Source: Phoronis australis (Eukaryota; Animalia; Phoronida). From it: DNA of 64,000 nt. Below are positions 13,307 to 27,166 of the stretch, piece by piece; the first letter of the stretch is position 1; each line of letters opens with the position of its first letter. Both the position numbers and the translations under genes were made by a program. The DNA lies in contig NMRA01000007.1 in assembly GCA_002633005.1 (NCBI GenBank), positions 944,362 to 1,008,361 on the forward strand, given 5' to 3'. The notes beneath the pieces were generated by a model, which saw nothing but the letters and a program-made list of their open reading frames with translations, had not been told where the DNA came from and did not search any database.

Positions 13307-15287
13307 ATAAAACGATACTTCGAATTTTATTAAAAAAACACGTCTGCCAAACATTTCCAGATTGCCATCAATAACTTCGATGACCAATGGTACACATCAA
13401 ACTGCAATAGCTTCGATGTACAATAACTACAATTAAAGCTTGTTTGAAAACAGATTTTGTTAAACGCTGGCCATCGCGCGGGGTCCAAAATTATTTTAAG
13501 AATGTCCGATTGATTTCAACCGAGTCTAGACATTTGTCCAATTCATTTTTGGGAATAGTGTAGACAGAATTGCCCCTTTGTCCGTCGTTCGGAAGTTGTT
13601 CCTATTCTCTATTGCTGATCAATTTCAACCAAAATTTAGTCGCCACACTCCAATGGTAAATATTGTCGGGCTGATTTTCAAACTGTCTTGACAGATTTTG
13701 ACACTTCAAGACAAATGTTCAGGACCTAGAGAAAGAAGCAAAATCTGCGAAAGGTTGAAAGGTTCAACTAACAGTTTACATCGACAGTCCTGTAGTACTT
13801 GTTGAATGTGCAAGGCTGGTATCAGATTTGTTATCTTACCAGATCAGAAAAAACGTGACACTGACACATGATACTCTGAAAGTCAAAGATAATATGTCAC
13901 AGTCACACTTTAGCCAACTAGGAAGTAGTCCTAACAAGGAGTGTATAGTAAAACTTCATCACTTTAAGACACAATATGGCCGGCACGTGACATTTTATTT
14001 TCTCTTTGAAAAATGAGTAGAACCAAATTGAAGCCCTAACATGTTCTGGTGATGGATGGACAATATTCTGTAAAATTGTGAACTTTCGCAACAAGATTAA
14101 AAAGCCTTTGAAAGACGAAAAGGGCAATTTTTGTCCGAAATTCGTGAGATTTTACAGGACTTCCTGTAAATTGATCATTCAAGGGAAATATTCTCTGATT
14201 AAGGTAAACCAGCTTGATTTAACCACTTAGAGCAGAATGAATGATAAAACTCGCATCATATGACAAGTGCATTACAGTAGTGTTTTAACACTGACATACA
14301 GCCAGCGCCATCTGTCCTATAATGTTGTAACTCGAATACCAGGAAAACTGGAATTTAATAATAAAAAAATCTTATAGTGATGCAGATATAACAGAAGTTT
14401 TATAAAAAGATGGAAGACAAAAAGTTGTCTGTGCATGACAATGAACAGCTAATGCAAATATGGCACACAAAAGAAGACCAGTCAGTATGAAACAGCAGAT
14501 GATAATTACTGCCGTCTTGACCCAGGTTGCGGCCACACAGGAATTAGAAGTGACTCAAGTTACCCTAGAACAAGTCACCCCACCTGGATAAGGTGGAGTA
14601 AGTTGTGGGGTAAATTGCACTAATAGTTTAAATGGCGTCCACAAATGCCATAGACCTAGCAACAACTCTTTCCAAGAGTAACTTGTTCTAGGGTAAGTCT
14701 GCGTGTATAGACTGATCCACAACAGTGACAGCCATGAAGGAGTTATTTACTTGACATAACTGGGCATAGGAAGATACACTTTCCACAGCACATGCGGTAA
14801 TTAATAACCTGTTCAAAAATACACTACAGCAGATGCTTTAGGTACTATAGACAACACTGTTTGATTATGCAGAATTAAAACTGAAACGATAAACACTATC
14901 AGCCAACGTTATCACCACTAACCTTTGAAGTCTTTTGAATGTTAAAACATGATTTAATACACATAGATCCTCTTCAGACACAAGTGTTACTTTAAACACT
15001 CTTTGCTCAAGGCTAGATCTCTAAACAAGCGGCCATTTCATTCACTAATGTTAAGCAATTCCAATTTCTTAAATAAATGGCAAAACACACCATCAAAAAT
15101 TCAACACGTTATCAAGAGTCCTAAAAACTTATCTCAGAGGCTTATCAATAATCACTTAAGGTTAAAATTAGACCAAAGAGAACAGCACTACAACTAGAAA
15201 CAGGCTTGTGACCAACTCAATGACTGTCACCTTCAGAACTGAATGAACACTGAAAGACTTGTTGAAAGATTGACAATGATCTGTTCA

Positions 15288-15447
15288 CAAAGGCGGATCC
15301 AGGGGTATCAAGGGGGTCCAGACCGCCCTTTTCCCTGGTTTTTAGTGATATCAAATCAAGAATTTTCATTTATTGACTTAGATCTACCTTTTTAAAAAAT
15401 CCTCAATCTGACCTCCCCCCTTTTAAAAAACCCTGGATCCACCCCTG
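15288..15447. mobile_element. Short MITE with GGCGGATCC-type TIRs, 5-bp TSD GTTCA
   Basis: caaaggcggatccagg ... cctggatccacccctg; gttca at 15283-15287 and 15448-15452. Confidence 0.75.
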
Positions 15448-18400
15448 GTTCATGACAAGACCACAACTAAACAAAAGTGCTGCATTTCACCATGCTTAGC
15501 TGGCGTCAAAATGAGTGAGAATCAAATTGGGTGAAATTGGTCTAGTAATAGGACTCCAAATCCATTAACAACTCAACTCACACATATGCAAATGCACATT
15601 TTCGAATTCGCAGTTTTTTGGTTGTCCAACCCCGAGACACTCTGAAGCATTTACTTGAGTCGCTGATAGTTTTCATGTTTTTGTTGGTAACAGAAAAGAA
15701 ATCTCGTCACAGTACGAAATATTATGTGACTAAGGTGAGAGCAAAAGGATTACAGCGATTTTTGTTTTTTGGCCATCTAAACAAGGCAAACTACAGCACT
15801 TTGGCCAATGTAAACAAAAGCATTGATTGTATCCTCACAGAAGCTAATTGAAAAAAAATCATGACATTTGAGACAACAGCAGTAGTTTTTGAAAGCCATC
15901 AAATTAATACGCAGTTGAAGTAGTTTAATGGGGAACCTCTGCGAGTGCCTGTCATTTCCACGCCCTCAACCTACGACATCCAGTTCATTATTCAACACAG
16001 AATGTCCATTACACAATCACTGTTCAAAAGTATTGTAATTGTAAATATTACAACATAACTCTGAGTAAATTATTCCAAGTAACACATAACTATGGGTGAA
16101 TTACTCAAGTGTTAGGGAAGTTAACTACAAACATCAATATGTCATCGGACAGAATATTGTATTTGCTCAAACCAAACAGTATTTGTTCAGGCACAGCATT
16201 CTGCCCACTGATAGTAACCGGGTAGTAAAGTGAACTTCCAGATTTTCCTTTGTTCTTAATGTGAAATACACTTTTGTCTGAATATCATTCGGATGCCCGG
16301 TGATGGTTGGAAGCTTGGCAAATTAATTACTAAATTTCAAGATGTGAACAACAAAAGAGAATGCGAAGAAAAGCGAAAAATCTAATTTTACAAAATGACT
16401 ACATGGCAACAGGAAGGGCTATCAAGTTTGCACTATGCATCAAAAGTGGTCATTCATGTCAGGAAACATCTGTACCTTAAAATAATTGACTGCTAATTAG
16501 AAAGTAAGCTGACGACACCTGGAACATGATTGCTTGCCAATTACTTGTCTCCAGGTAACTACTAAGTATGTTTTTCATTCCAATATGTTCAACTTCATGA
16601 GTACTTCTCCAGATATTACCTTGTATTTTGTCGCAGCTTGTCAAATTTCTTGGCATCACCATTACAACTTAATACAGGAGGATATTACGGACATGCTTAA
16701 AACAAACATGGGCATGATGTTTTTAGGGCTTGCGCACACACTTTTTCTTTGAAATTATGGTTGGTCCCTCCTTATAACATTCTAGAGCTGACACTGTCAT
16801 CGTACAAACTTGGCTTAAGAAAGGTGAATATTGCAAAAACTTTGGTGTAAAATACTGATAAAATTTATGGCAGCAATAGACAGCAAGATAAGCGTATAGT
16901 GCCAACGCACTGGGGGGGGTCATATTGACTCAAAGGGCCTAATATATTGGCCAATTTGGAAGACCTATTGGTCACGTTAGCATTTTCTATGGTTGTTTGA
17001 CTCAATTTTTGGTGGGCCTGATTTTCATGAGCCTGATTTTGACTGTTACGGGTTGGCTAAAAGGGACTAACTACATTGAAGGACCTTATCCTCAAACCTG
17101 TACAGTTACCCTAATAGCTTCAAACCTATATTTCAACTCATGTATTTTCCGAATGCAAAAATTCCGCATAATTTGATTTTTTACTTCATACCAATTTGCT
17201 ACTAATTAGGTAACGTTACCATGGTTTTTAGGAAAATTTAATAAAAAGAAAGATACTACATTCACAGCAAAATAACGGTATCGATAACGTGTATTACCGG
17301 TATATAAATGTTGATCAAATTTTGTACTGTATAAATGTTCAAGATAAAATCTCAAAAACGCTGCTTCAGTTTTTTAAATTATTGCTTCATTTTCATTTAT
17401 GGGACTTTTTTCATGAAACTCACATAAGTTATATTGTTGAAAGCCCCTCACGCGTAAAAGTGGAACCTCTTAAAATTCAATACTTTTGGAGACAAGTGTA
17501 CAAACCACAGTAACTGAAAGTTTTAAGTGGATCAAATTAGCCATTTCTGAGATGTTCCCTAGTTGGACACAACTGGACATTGTTCAAGGGACCTACATAA
17601 GCACATAAATCAACACAGTAGACCTTTACTTACAGATAATATTAGACCCCCTATCATTAACATGGTTGTTTTGCTCACTATGACATTCTAGTTTTGATCA
17701 ATTGTTTTGCATTTTGGTTGTGTTGGAATCTGAATGCAATGCGTGTTGTTAAGACAAAATAAGTCTTGCTTATGGACAGTGTAACCGTTGAACCAAGTTA
17801 AGCAATCACGATGAATCTATGAACATTTTTAAGCGCAAATGACCAGGATGTGCTCCTAAAATTATCTCTGCAACAATGTATTGCGAATTGATCAGTCCTA
17901 TGTGCATATGCGGCCATTGTCTTGAGATCAAAGACATTCATCAAATTAAAATTTCAAAATGTGCAGTGGCAGTGACCTTTGCAACTTGTTCAGAGGTTCA
18001 TTTTGATTGCCATTCATTGCACTCCTAGAGTTGTTACTAAAATTTAATTGTAATGTCCTTCTAACAAATACCACTATACCAATATGTACTGTTTAATGTT
18101 TATTGCCAAAGTAAAATGAATCGTTCCCCAATGTGTTCGCATATTTAAAACGCTTCAAATGCAAATAAACTGAGGCATGCAAAACACGGCGACACTTTAC
18201 TTTACAACGGAAACGCGTTTTCCTAATGAATGGCGATCAATAATGCGCCGTGCGGCAATTAAGAAAAATCTCAAGCAAAACAATTTGCACAGGACAAAGA
18301 CAAATAGCTTGCTTGTAATGTCCCCTGCAATGAATCAGCATCAATACACACATAAATTGTTGGTGGGGGTTGTGTTGTACTACCAGCTTTTTATTTTAGC

Positions 18401-21226
18401 TGGACTTACAAAAGAGGAATGTTCAAAGCTTACATTGCTTTATTACATACTGCTTATAATTCCTTACTGTAGAGCCAATAATCAGGGCCTTTTACAGGTA
18501 GCACAATCCATTGTGCTGAGATTGTATAGGGCTGTGTTTCCACCTGGGTTCAGAGGTTTGTGTTGGATTCAATGCAGTTGAATAAGCAGTGATTGAGAAA
18601 AGCTGGCAGCATAACTAGTCAAGTACTGGACCAAAACAACATTTCTAGGTCAGCAGAATTTACCAGATCACAAGGTTATACCGTACTATTAGTTCATAAT
18701 GGAACTTTCCGAACAAAGATTTAAGCTGTCATTTGGTCTTTCAATCAAAATGTTCACTATACTTGCAATAAAAGTAAGCATTTTTCGTGGAATTTCCGAA
18801 GAAATCACTTACATTAGTGATTATTTGGCCAGTTGAGTTTAGAAAAACAACATATTGTGACCATGTGTTAAATGTTTCAAGACTGAGTTTTGAGACAAAA
18901 ATGATCTGTCACAATCAGAGATTCATATCCAGTAAGTACTAGAACACTGATGTGGTGCTACTGAGCGACAAGCTGTTACATTGTGGGTTCTGTGAGCCCA
19001 AAAATAATTGCAAAGGTTATCCATTTGCCAGACTTTTTATTCCGTATTTTCTAAAAATTAACTTTGAATGCAACTGCAGTTTGGTCGGAATAGGAAATTT
19101 CAAAATAGCTTTACTGTGCAGTTCCCGCTAAACCTTGACATAGAAAGGAGCATACAAACATATACTTTTAAAGAAATAAAGCACCAGATGATAAGCGCAC
19201 ATTGTATTCCATTGATAAAAAGTTATTGTCTGCATAAGACCCAAGCAAAAAGTTTGTTTTCAGAATTATGAGATTATGTTGTACACACATTACAGTTCAA
19301 TTATAAGTTATCAATTTATCGTCTAGGTTTAACACGTCTATCAGATGCCCAATAAAAATGGCTGATAGCCTGTTATTAACAAGGTAACGCAATCGTGGGG
19401 GGACCCCACCTACAGCAATTAAGGCAAATTAGAGCACATTGGTATCTTGCACACTGGTAGACTTCAGCATGTCCAAAGGGAGGACCAATCACTTCCGAAA
19501 GATAAATATTTGCAACAGTCCAGAAAATGAACCTTCTTAACAAGTCCAGAAGGAGGTAGGCAAGATATGTGAAAATAAGAGTAGTTTCGATTTGTTTTCA
19601 ATTTTTACTTACGTAAAATGTGATGGTATACATGTACCAGTCTATCAAACCAAAATCAATGTACCGGTGTTTTGCAGGGTATCAGTCAGTACAAACTTTG
19701 GTCAGGTACAAAATCAAGGCCACAAGTTAACTTTGAGGTAAGCAGGTGGCCATAACAAACAGCAGGTTGTAAACTGTTCAAAATGGTGAGAACGATTAAC
19801 TTAGTTGTCACTGGAGTTATAGGCAACAGTTATGTTATGACTTCATAATATTATATATTTAAATATTCACCAATCTGCTATTTTAAGCACTTCATATCAT
19901 TGAACATCCAAACTTAAAAAAACAAATTTTCATATCAAACGAATACACATGCATAATGTTTTCGCAGCGCCACGTTACGATACATTCCTTGACCAGGCAT
20001 CAGCTACCCACTGGACTGAAAAATACAACAAACTTTGCAGATCACAACAATACTCCTCTTGGATCAGAATTAAATTGATACGAAACGGCCAGAAAATGGA
20101 CTACCTTAAGCAAAAGGAACTAGTGTGCAGCAGGACATAAGTGCTTTTACATTTGCAAAAAATTCTCACCATGTGAAAAACCAGGTGACCATAAATACCT
20201 GGGAGAAAGTAATGCAAACTAGTACTCAAGGGAAGGCATTCCAACCAGTTGACACACCTTCCATAAACCCATAAAGGTCGGGCTTTAAACCAGATAGGAT
20301 CATCACTTAGACAAGATGGACGTGTGGAACAAATGTTGAAAGTGAACTAGGAAAACCACAAAAACCAGAAACTTTGCAAGGCAGCCCTGCAAAACCAGAC
20401 TCAAAATCTCTCGGTGAAAATAGACGACATTGTTGTTGTTAAATTGACACATCTGGCTTTATCTGCAAAGCCCTGTTGATTTTAGCATTTAGAGTCAATA
20501 CGGATATATTTATACAGCGATAAAACACCTACTACTTGTGTGGAGAGTATCATTACCTGTCGCAGGTGAATAATTCTCATAATGATTTCAGGAGTAGAAT
20601 ACGCATTAACTAATACTAGTTTGAAATCTATCAACAAGCTTTTAGCTGATAACCAGTTGTTAGCAACAAATAGCAGAATCTCATTACAGTAAGAACAGCA
20701 ACTTTCTTAGCGCATGTTGACGTTCATGATGGGAAATAACTTGACACTTTAGGTTCATAATTCTTACTGCTTGGACACTTCCAAGAAAAATCAATAAAAT
20801 TGTAAACAAAGCAATGGTTTTTCAATGAAAATCACAAATGATAGCGCAAAGGGGAGTGTTTTCAATAGACTTTGTCAATGACCTCAGATTTCATTTAGCG
20901 ACCTAGTTAAAATCCCAAGTTGCCACAGTCGGCACACACACATCGGAGCACGCGCTCAAAATACAGACAGGAATCGGAGCTGTTAGGCCAAAAAACGGAA
21001 GGGGTTGTTCATGACTCATGCACACACAAAGTGTCCTGATCACCTGCTCCTCCCTTAGGTAATTAGGTAAGAGGTGAATATTGGGTAGGAAAAGATATTG
21101 AACTGTTACCATGCCTACCATGCACTCCTAATTTTCCATTCCACTAAAAAAGATGCACCAGAGAATTCAGGTATTACCCAGCACATTTGCTCATTTCGGC
21201 GATTCTCCAAAATAATACTCCATTTT

Positions 21227-21230
<4 letters not shown>

Positions 21231-21268
<38 letters not shown>
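21231..21268. repeat. (CT)19 microsatellite
   Basis: Perfect dinucleotide run. Confidence 0.97.
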
Positions 21269-21271
<3 letters not shown>

Positions 21272-22349
21272 GTTGCCAACTCTGCATCGTTTGTGGAGGC
21301 ATCATACTTTAGCAAGGTCTTCAAATCACACAAGTGTGATCTTGTGTGACCCCGTCAAACTCAAAACATCGTTGCCTCATCGAATGTACGCTACATTCAA
21401 AATTAGCAACAGAACGCCAGCAATAAGAAAATCAATGGCCACATTCAAACATTGAAGTAATAAAGCATGAGTAAGGAAAAGCAACAAGCTGTATATCTAC
21501 TAGCGAGCGCAGAACACAAATTCAGGCAATACCGTATTCATATATGGTGCTACCTGATTTTGACCAATCACTAAATGCCTGTTATTCCATCAGGCTAATA
21601 TGGCAAACTTGAAAACTAACTCGATGCGCCTGGGTACCATTTTCTTTGATTTAGTGCACGTCTCAGCTTTACCCAGTTCATGTTGTGAAAGTGGACACGG
21701 TATCATGCTGAGTATGGAACTCCTCGTTCATTTTACAAACCAACTTTGCCACAAGGGTTGGATAAATTGTTTCTACCTATTTTTGCATTCCATTGGATAT
21801 ACCTGTCTGTATTGTAACGAAAATGAGAATTCGTTTTTGAAACATCAAAACTGGCGCAGAAAGAAAAAATAAAGTTACAAATTGTTCTGCTACCCAAGTC
21901 CTTCAGCACACAGTCCAAAACACATGGCCCACATCCAATATGAATGTGTTGCCAGCGATTTCAGCAGAATCATTAGAATGAATCTGCTGCCAATGGTTTC
22001 AGCTGAATCATTAGAGGATAGCCTTAAATCTAACCTTTCTGGCGATAACTCGTGTTCCATGCACATTTTGGATTTCAAAATTTCACCTTATATCGATGAA
22101 TAGACCCCAAAATCAGGGACTATGGAAAGTGAATATGTTATTGCACAAAATTGGTCTCTTGAAAAAAAACAAGCACAAGTCAATGCTGTACACAATCTTT
22201 TCTAGGGAACACATAATGTTTGGTCTGGAATCCTGTAATTATGCACCATACACAATAGTTTACACACCTAAGTTACCAGTCATTCATGAATCATATCCCT
22301 CATTCGCAAATCACATCCACGGCATTAGAATGTAATCTATTAAACATAC

Positions 22350-22665
22350 CTCAGCAAGTAAACAGCTCGCTCGATATCAGATAACTTCTCATCAACTGTT
22401 AGCTTCTCAAGTTCTTCTGCAGACTGTAAACAGGTAAATTTAAATCATAAAAATATGAGAGCAGCAGAGAGTAGGCTATTCAAAATGTTTTGATTCAAAC
22501 GACAATTAATCCATAGAATCAATAATAAGTACAGATACAAGGCTTTCATAAAATCACAACCAAATTACAACTGTTTAAAACAGCACTTACTTTTAAGGTT
22601 GGTATGGGTCTCTCAAGAAGTTGTAATTCTTGCAGATCTTCCGACAGCCTCAACGAGACGTCCAT
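22350..22665 (-). CDS. PPP4R4: Serine/threonine-protein phosphatase 4 regulatory subunit 4, first two coding exons (22665-22591, 22423-22350); gene continues leftwards
   Basis: Spliced translation MDVSLRLSEDLQELQLLERPIPTLK|SAEELEKLTVDEKLSDIERAVYLL(S) matches the PPP4R4 N-terminus as I recall it (EDLQELTIIERP...LK|TPEEIERLTVDEDLSDIERAVYLLS). Donors gtaagt and gtatgt, acceptors tttag and tttacag; ATG context gcaagATGG. Exon 2 ends in phase 2; exon 3 was not recognised in 1-22349. Confidence 0.9.
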
Positions 22666-22865
22666 CTTGCAAGCACCAACTTCTCCCGACCTAAAAACAA
22701 ATTATGATGAGAATCCTTAATGTTCTGTCCAAACCTCCATGCCTCCCGTGTCAGGAGGAGCAGTGAAAGCGATAACTTATGCAGTCTCTAGTACAACATT
22801 AGCCGGTTCCGAATATTCAAACTCGAAGCAAAACACGAGTCGCCATCATCTCCAATGACGCTTAC

Positions 22866-22990
22866 ATCTCGCGCCTTCTCCAGGGAACGTCCGAGACTAA
22901 TTAGTCTTACGTTGTCTCGCTAGATGGCGAAGGCTTCAGCTCTTTGATGCCTGAACTGCATCGGATCTGCATGACCTAGCGGGACCGCAA
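22866..22990 (-). promoter_or_regulatory. Probable non-coding first exon / promoter region of PPP4R4
   Basis: CpG-richer patch ending in a minus-strand donor GAGAT|gtaagc at 22865, pairing with the acceptor at 22691-22692 upstream of the ATG. The 5' boundary is a guess. Confidence 0.5.
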
Positions 22991-23131
22991 ACAGTTCACT
23001 TTTTGCCGAGAAAGTTTTGAAACTGCGATATCAGTATGGGGCAACTATGTCTATTTGACGTTTTTTATCCAGATGTAAGGACAAAAATTCATGTGATTTC
23101 ATAAGTTTTTAAAAAGGTCCGAAAAACAATT

Positions 23132-25376
23132 CTCTCTTATTTGTCTAAGTGAGCACTCAATTAGAGTTAAAATTGAAAATGATTATAGCAACTGGCACCC
23201 TGTCTCTATATGTGTGCCCCAAGGTTCTATCCTGAGTCCTCTGTTATTAAATGTTTCGTAAATGATATTTTCTATATACTTGAAAGCAAGAGTAAGCTTT
23301 ACAATTACGCGGATGACAATACACTTGTGCACTGAGACGACTCCGTCTATGGATAACGCCCGTCTTGTTTTGAAAAACACCGCAAATGAGGCTATGAGAT
23401 GGTTTGACAATAATCACAAGTTTACCAATACTGACAAATTCACAGCCATCACTCTTAGAAGAGACACACTCAGCGATTCCGAAAAAATTCTTTATCTCGG
23501 GACGAACATCATTAAGTGTGAGAATTCTGTTAACTTGTTGGGTTATATTTGTTATCTTTTGAAGGTTTTTGCAAAAAGTTCAATTTTAGACCAATATTTT
23601 TGAATTTTTATGGGCTCAAGGAGGCTATTTGTCAAAAATGGAAAATCTCAAAAAGAGACAAGTTTTCCTTCTACGCACCCTCTATCCCAATTTTTGTGAA
23701 ATTGTTACTTGCAGACAAGAAGGGAACAAAACATATATATAACACTTTGGTGCTAAACAAATATGCCCGGCCTAGGTCTGAGATGAAGTGGCAGGCAGAA
23801 CTTGCAATACCTGACACTACAGAATGGTGGAAATTTGCCTACTTTCTGAATTTTACACTTGACGTGAAACTTCGTTGGTTTCAATTTAGACTGTCACATA
23901 GGATAATTAGCTGTAACTCTTACCTTGTCAAAATTGGGGTAACCAACTCCCCCTTGTGTACGTTTTGTAAGACTGAACCTGAGACTTTGCTTCACTTATA
24001 CTGGCAATGTGATGTTGTTCAAAATTTTTGGAACAATGTTGAAGGTTGGGTTAGAAACAAAACTAATATTTCCCTTGGTACAAATGTGCTTACAGTTTTC
24101 TTTGGAAACAGATGTAGAAGCCAGCCAATTCAAAATTTAATCTTGTGTCTCAGCAAGTTCCATTTATATAAGCAACGTCTCAAGGGTAAACCTCCAAATT
24201 TAATTGTATTAACAAAAGAAATTAACAGTTATTACTCCAGTGAAAAACATATTTATTCAAAAAATTTACAAATGGAAAAATTTACAAACAGGTGGTCACA
24301 AATGCATAATTTGATAGCAATGTAAGGATATTTTATCATTCCAAAATACTCTCCCCCCTCCTTTTTTTTCAGAGCCATATACTACTATATTGTCTTGTAT
24401 GTTTTTGTTTTCTTTTGTTAAATCTATTTCAAAATCCGGTTCACGTATATTTTTAACTTAGAAAACTTTATTTTCATTGAATTGTAAAGTAAGGCAAGGG
24501 AATCCCAGACCTTTGTCCTTACTTATGTTGAACTGGGAGAATAAAAAAAAAAAAAAAAAACTTGTTGGGTTTGCACATTGACTGTAAATTAAACTTCCAT
24601 GGACATGTGGATAACCTCTGTGCCAAAGCACCAAAATATGTGTGTACCTTGTTCCGTCTGCGTCATTTATTGGATACAGGCACTAAGTTGAAGATTTATT
24701 ATGCATTTATTTGGTCATATTTTAATTATTCTCCTCTTATTTGGCACTTGCGTGGTGCTCAGAAAGCCCGAAAAATGGAAAAGATTTAATATCGGGCCTT
24801 AAAATTTGTTTTCAATTACTACTAGTCGTCGTATTCCATCTTACTATCTAAATCAAACTTCATTCCGCTTTTTGTTCAAGGGCTACAATGTCTTGGGGTA
24901 GCTGTTTTCAAGCACACCAATCATGCAGATAGGCCCTTGCCCTCTCCAGTGCTTTGCTCTCAGACGTCTGCCCTATGAATTACGGGGAAAAACACTCTAT
25001 GTGTTGCGAGGTTCGCCACTACATCATATGGGCATAATTCTATTCACCACTAGGGGGTATCTTTATGGAACAAGTTACCTGAATGTATAAAGTGTTGCCA
25101 AGATCTCAATACCTGTGTTAATGAGTTAAGTCGCCATATTCTGACGTCAAGCTTGTGAATGCCAACTTAGCCTACGCTGTCAACCACTGTCCTTTGATGT
25201 TTGATAAGTCATGTATGTTTGTATCCTTTGTGTACATAGTCCTTCTACCTCTTTTGTACATATTAATTTTTCATTTCATATTTGTCACTAGCACTTGCGC
25301 TACTGTTTTGCTGTTAACCTGTTCCATATCGATGCAAAATAAACATTTTACTTACTTGCTTACTTTACTTACTTAC
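23132..25376 (+). mobile_element. Degenerate 5'-truncated CR1-group (CR1/L2/Crack/Daphne-like) LINE, RT domain to 3' tail, split by a younger LINE
   Basis: SYLS..RVKIENDYSNW..VPQGSILSPLL, YADDNT, NLLG|LHIDCKLNFHGHV..LCAKA, YAFIWSYFNYSPLIW and LWNKLPECIK, with frameshifts and stops. Ends with aataaa plus a (TTAC)n-like tail at ~25338-25376. Confidence 0.85.
23545..24560 (+). mobile_element. Young 5'-truncated L1/Tx1-clade LINE (ORF2 C-terminus with zf-RVT), poly(A) tail and TSD
   Basis: Open frame 23549-24325 with KLRWFQFRLSHRII and CTFCKTEPETLLHLYWQC (zf-RVT); T-rich 3'UTR; AATAAA running into A18. TSD (aa)cttgttgggtt at 23532-23544 and 24559-24571. Confidence 0.92.
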
Positions 25377-27009
25377 AAATGCAATTGAAATTTTTATGTG
25401 TTACAACTTTGCCTCGAGCAATTGAACATAACAGTTGCAGTCTTTGAAACAGCAAAAAATAAATTTCTGTGAAGAAGTATGTGTTCAATTATGAGTCGAC
25501 CGTGTGCCTACTAAAAATGCCCAACTAGCCTTGCCTGGATTGCAAGAAATATCACGTGACACATTGTAGGGTTTAAAAATATAAATGAAACTCATATCGT
25601 TGTGAAGTGCGTTGCTCAATTTAAATACATATACAACTTTGTGCAATCAAAAGCATTTTGAGAAATACAAACTGAAATAGAAATTGAACTTCTGCTTCCT
25701 AATCTGATGTTTACTTTAAGAAATTCACTATTCTGATCTCAGTGACAGAAAACCTTGAATTTACCTTACTGTTGACAAGCGGCACCAATGTTGTATTTTA
25801 CTTTTTGTGTTTATTTCCCATCATGCCCCATAGCTGAACTACTCAACCACTGCGCCACCAGCACCGAGACAGCGAAGTCGACAGTCTTTTAAACTTTTTT
25901 GTCATTCCCATTTAGATGCAATATTCGTTTTTAATAAATGTAAAATACAATAATAATGCCACCAATGTTCGACGGCTAATCTTCATCATCGAATTCGAAA
26001 TTGTATTTTTTTGCATTTTCTGTTTTGCTTATGTATGAACTCTAGATAAATGCTTTTTATTCTGTGCTCGAGTACATGATGGTGTCTAATCTTAGTTCGC
26101 ATTTGCTAAACTTAGTGTAAAAGCTTTAGGCTCGAGTCAGACCTCGAAAATCTGCAAATTGTTGCTATCGCCGACCATCCCCGCAACGGCTGACCAGAGA
26201 AGCCGAGATCCGGGGATAAAAACTATCGTTGTGAATAATCGGCACACTTCTGTGTCGGAGCAGGCTGATCGATTAAAGTTACCAACGAGCGCTAGTTTTG
26301 CTATTTGCTCTCTATTTCAAAAGAAATCTGCGTTTTGTTGTCGGATCTCCATGGAGCGCAGTGCAAAAATTATGTTCTTTACTCAATCTAATTTTCCGTC
26401 AATCGAGTTCGCACACGCTGCACGTGCTCAACTAAAAACTTGGACTCGATACTTCAGTTTTTATAGGAGCATGCCACCAAAAACAATGTATTTTGAATGA
26501 ATTTAAATCGACCAGTTCTGCTCGATAACGACCCGTGCTATTGTTTCAGCAGACACCAGACGCTTGCGGAGGTAAATGAAAACTAGCTTGCGATGTCATC
26601 ATATCTACACAGTTTGGTAGGCTACGCCGCTCACCACAAGGCACTTATTGGTATAAGATTATCATATGACCGTTTTACACCAATAAGACATTAAATTTCG
26701 ATGCAAAACCCTTATCGATACATTAAATATTTAAGTAAAAGAAAGGGCTGTTTCATTTTACAATTACTGATTTATAGAAATTTTGAACGTGACTACGCTC
26801 GCCACCCAGCCAAATTCCAGATTTCCTTGAGCGGTGGCTCAAGGATAGCAGTTTCGTTGACAAAACCCCATAATCTAGCTTGCCTATGCGAAATATTTTT
26901 AATGCGCGACTTAGTTTGATTGTCTTTCCTAGGTTATGTTGAACAATCTGTTAGGCAGAAATTTGGAGTTTTTAAAAGTAGGCTAATAAGCTGGTAGACA
27001 GGTTGTAGT

Positions 27010-27166
27010 CAGGGGCGGATCTAAGATTTTTAGTTGAGGGGACAGGGCTGAGTATTTGTCAGAATTTTGCCCGTCAGACATTCGCACCCCCGAACTGCCA
27101 AATGGAATCTGGGAGAGTTTTAGGAGGGACCGTGTCCCCCTTGGCCCCCCTCTAAATCCGCCACTG
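27010..27166. mobile_element. Short MITE, TIR CAGGGGCGGAT.../...ATCCGCCACTG, 5-bp TSD GTAGT
   Basis: TIRs visible; gtagt at 27005-27009 and 27167-27171. Confidence 0.8.

Noticed and set aside
21098-21455. ORFs with SLSLSL / ERERER runs
   Set aside because: Artefacts of the (CT)19 microsatellite.
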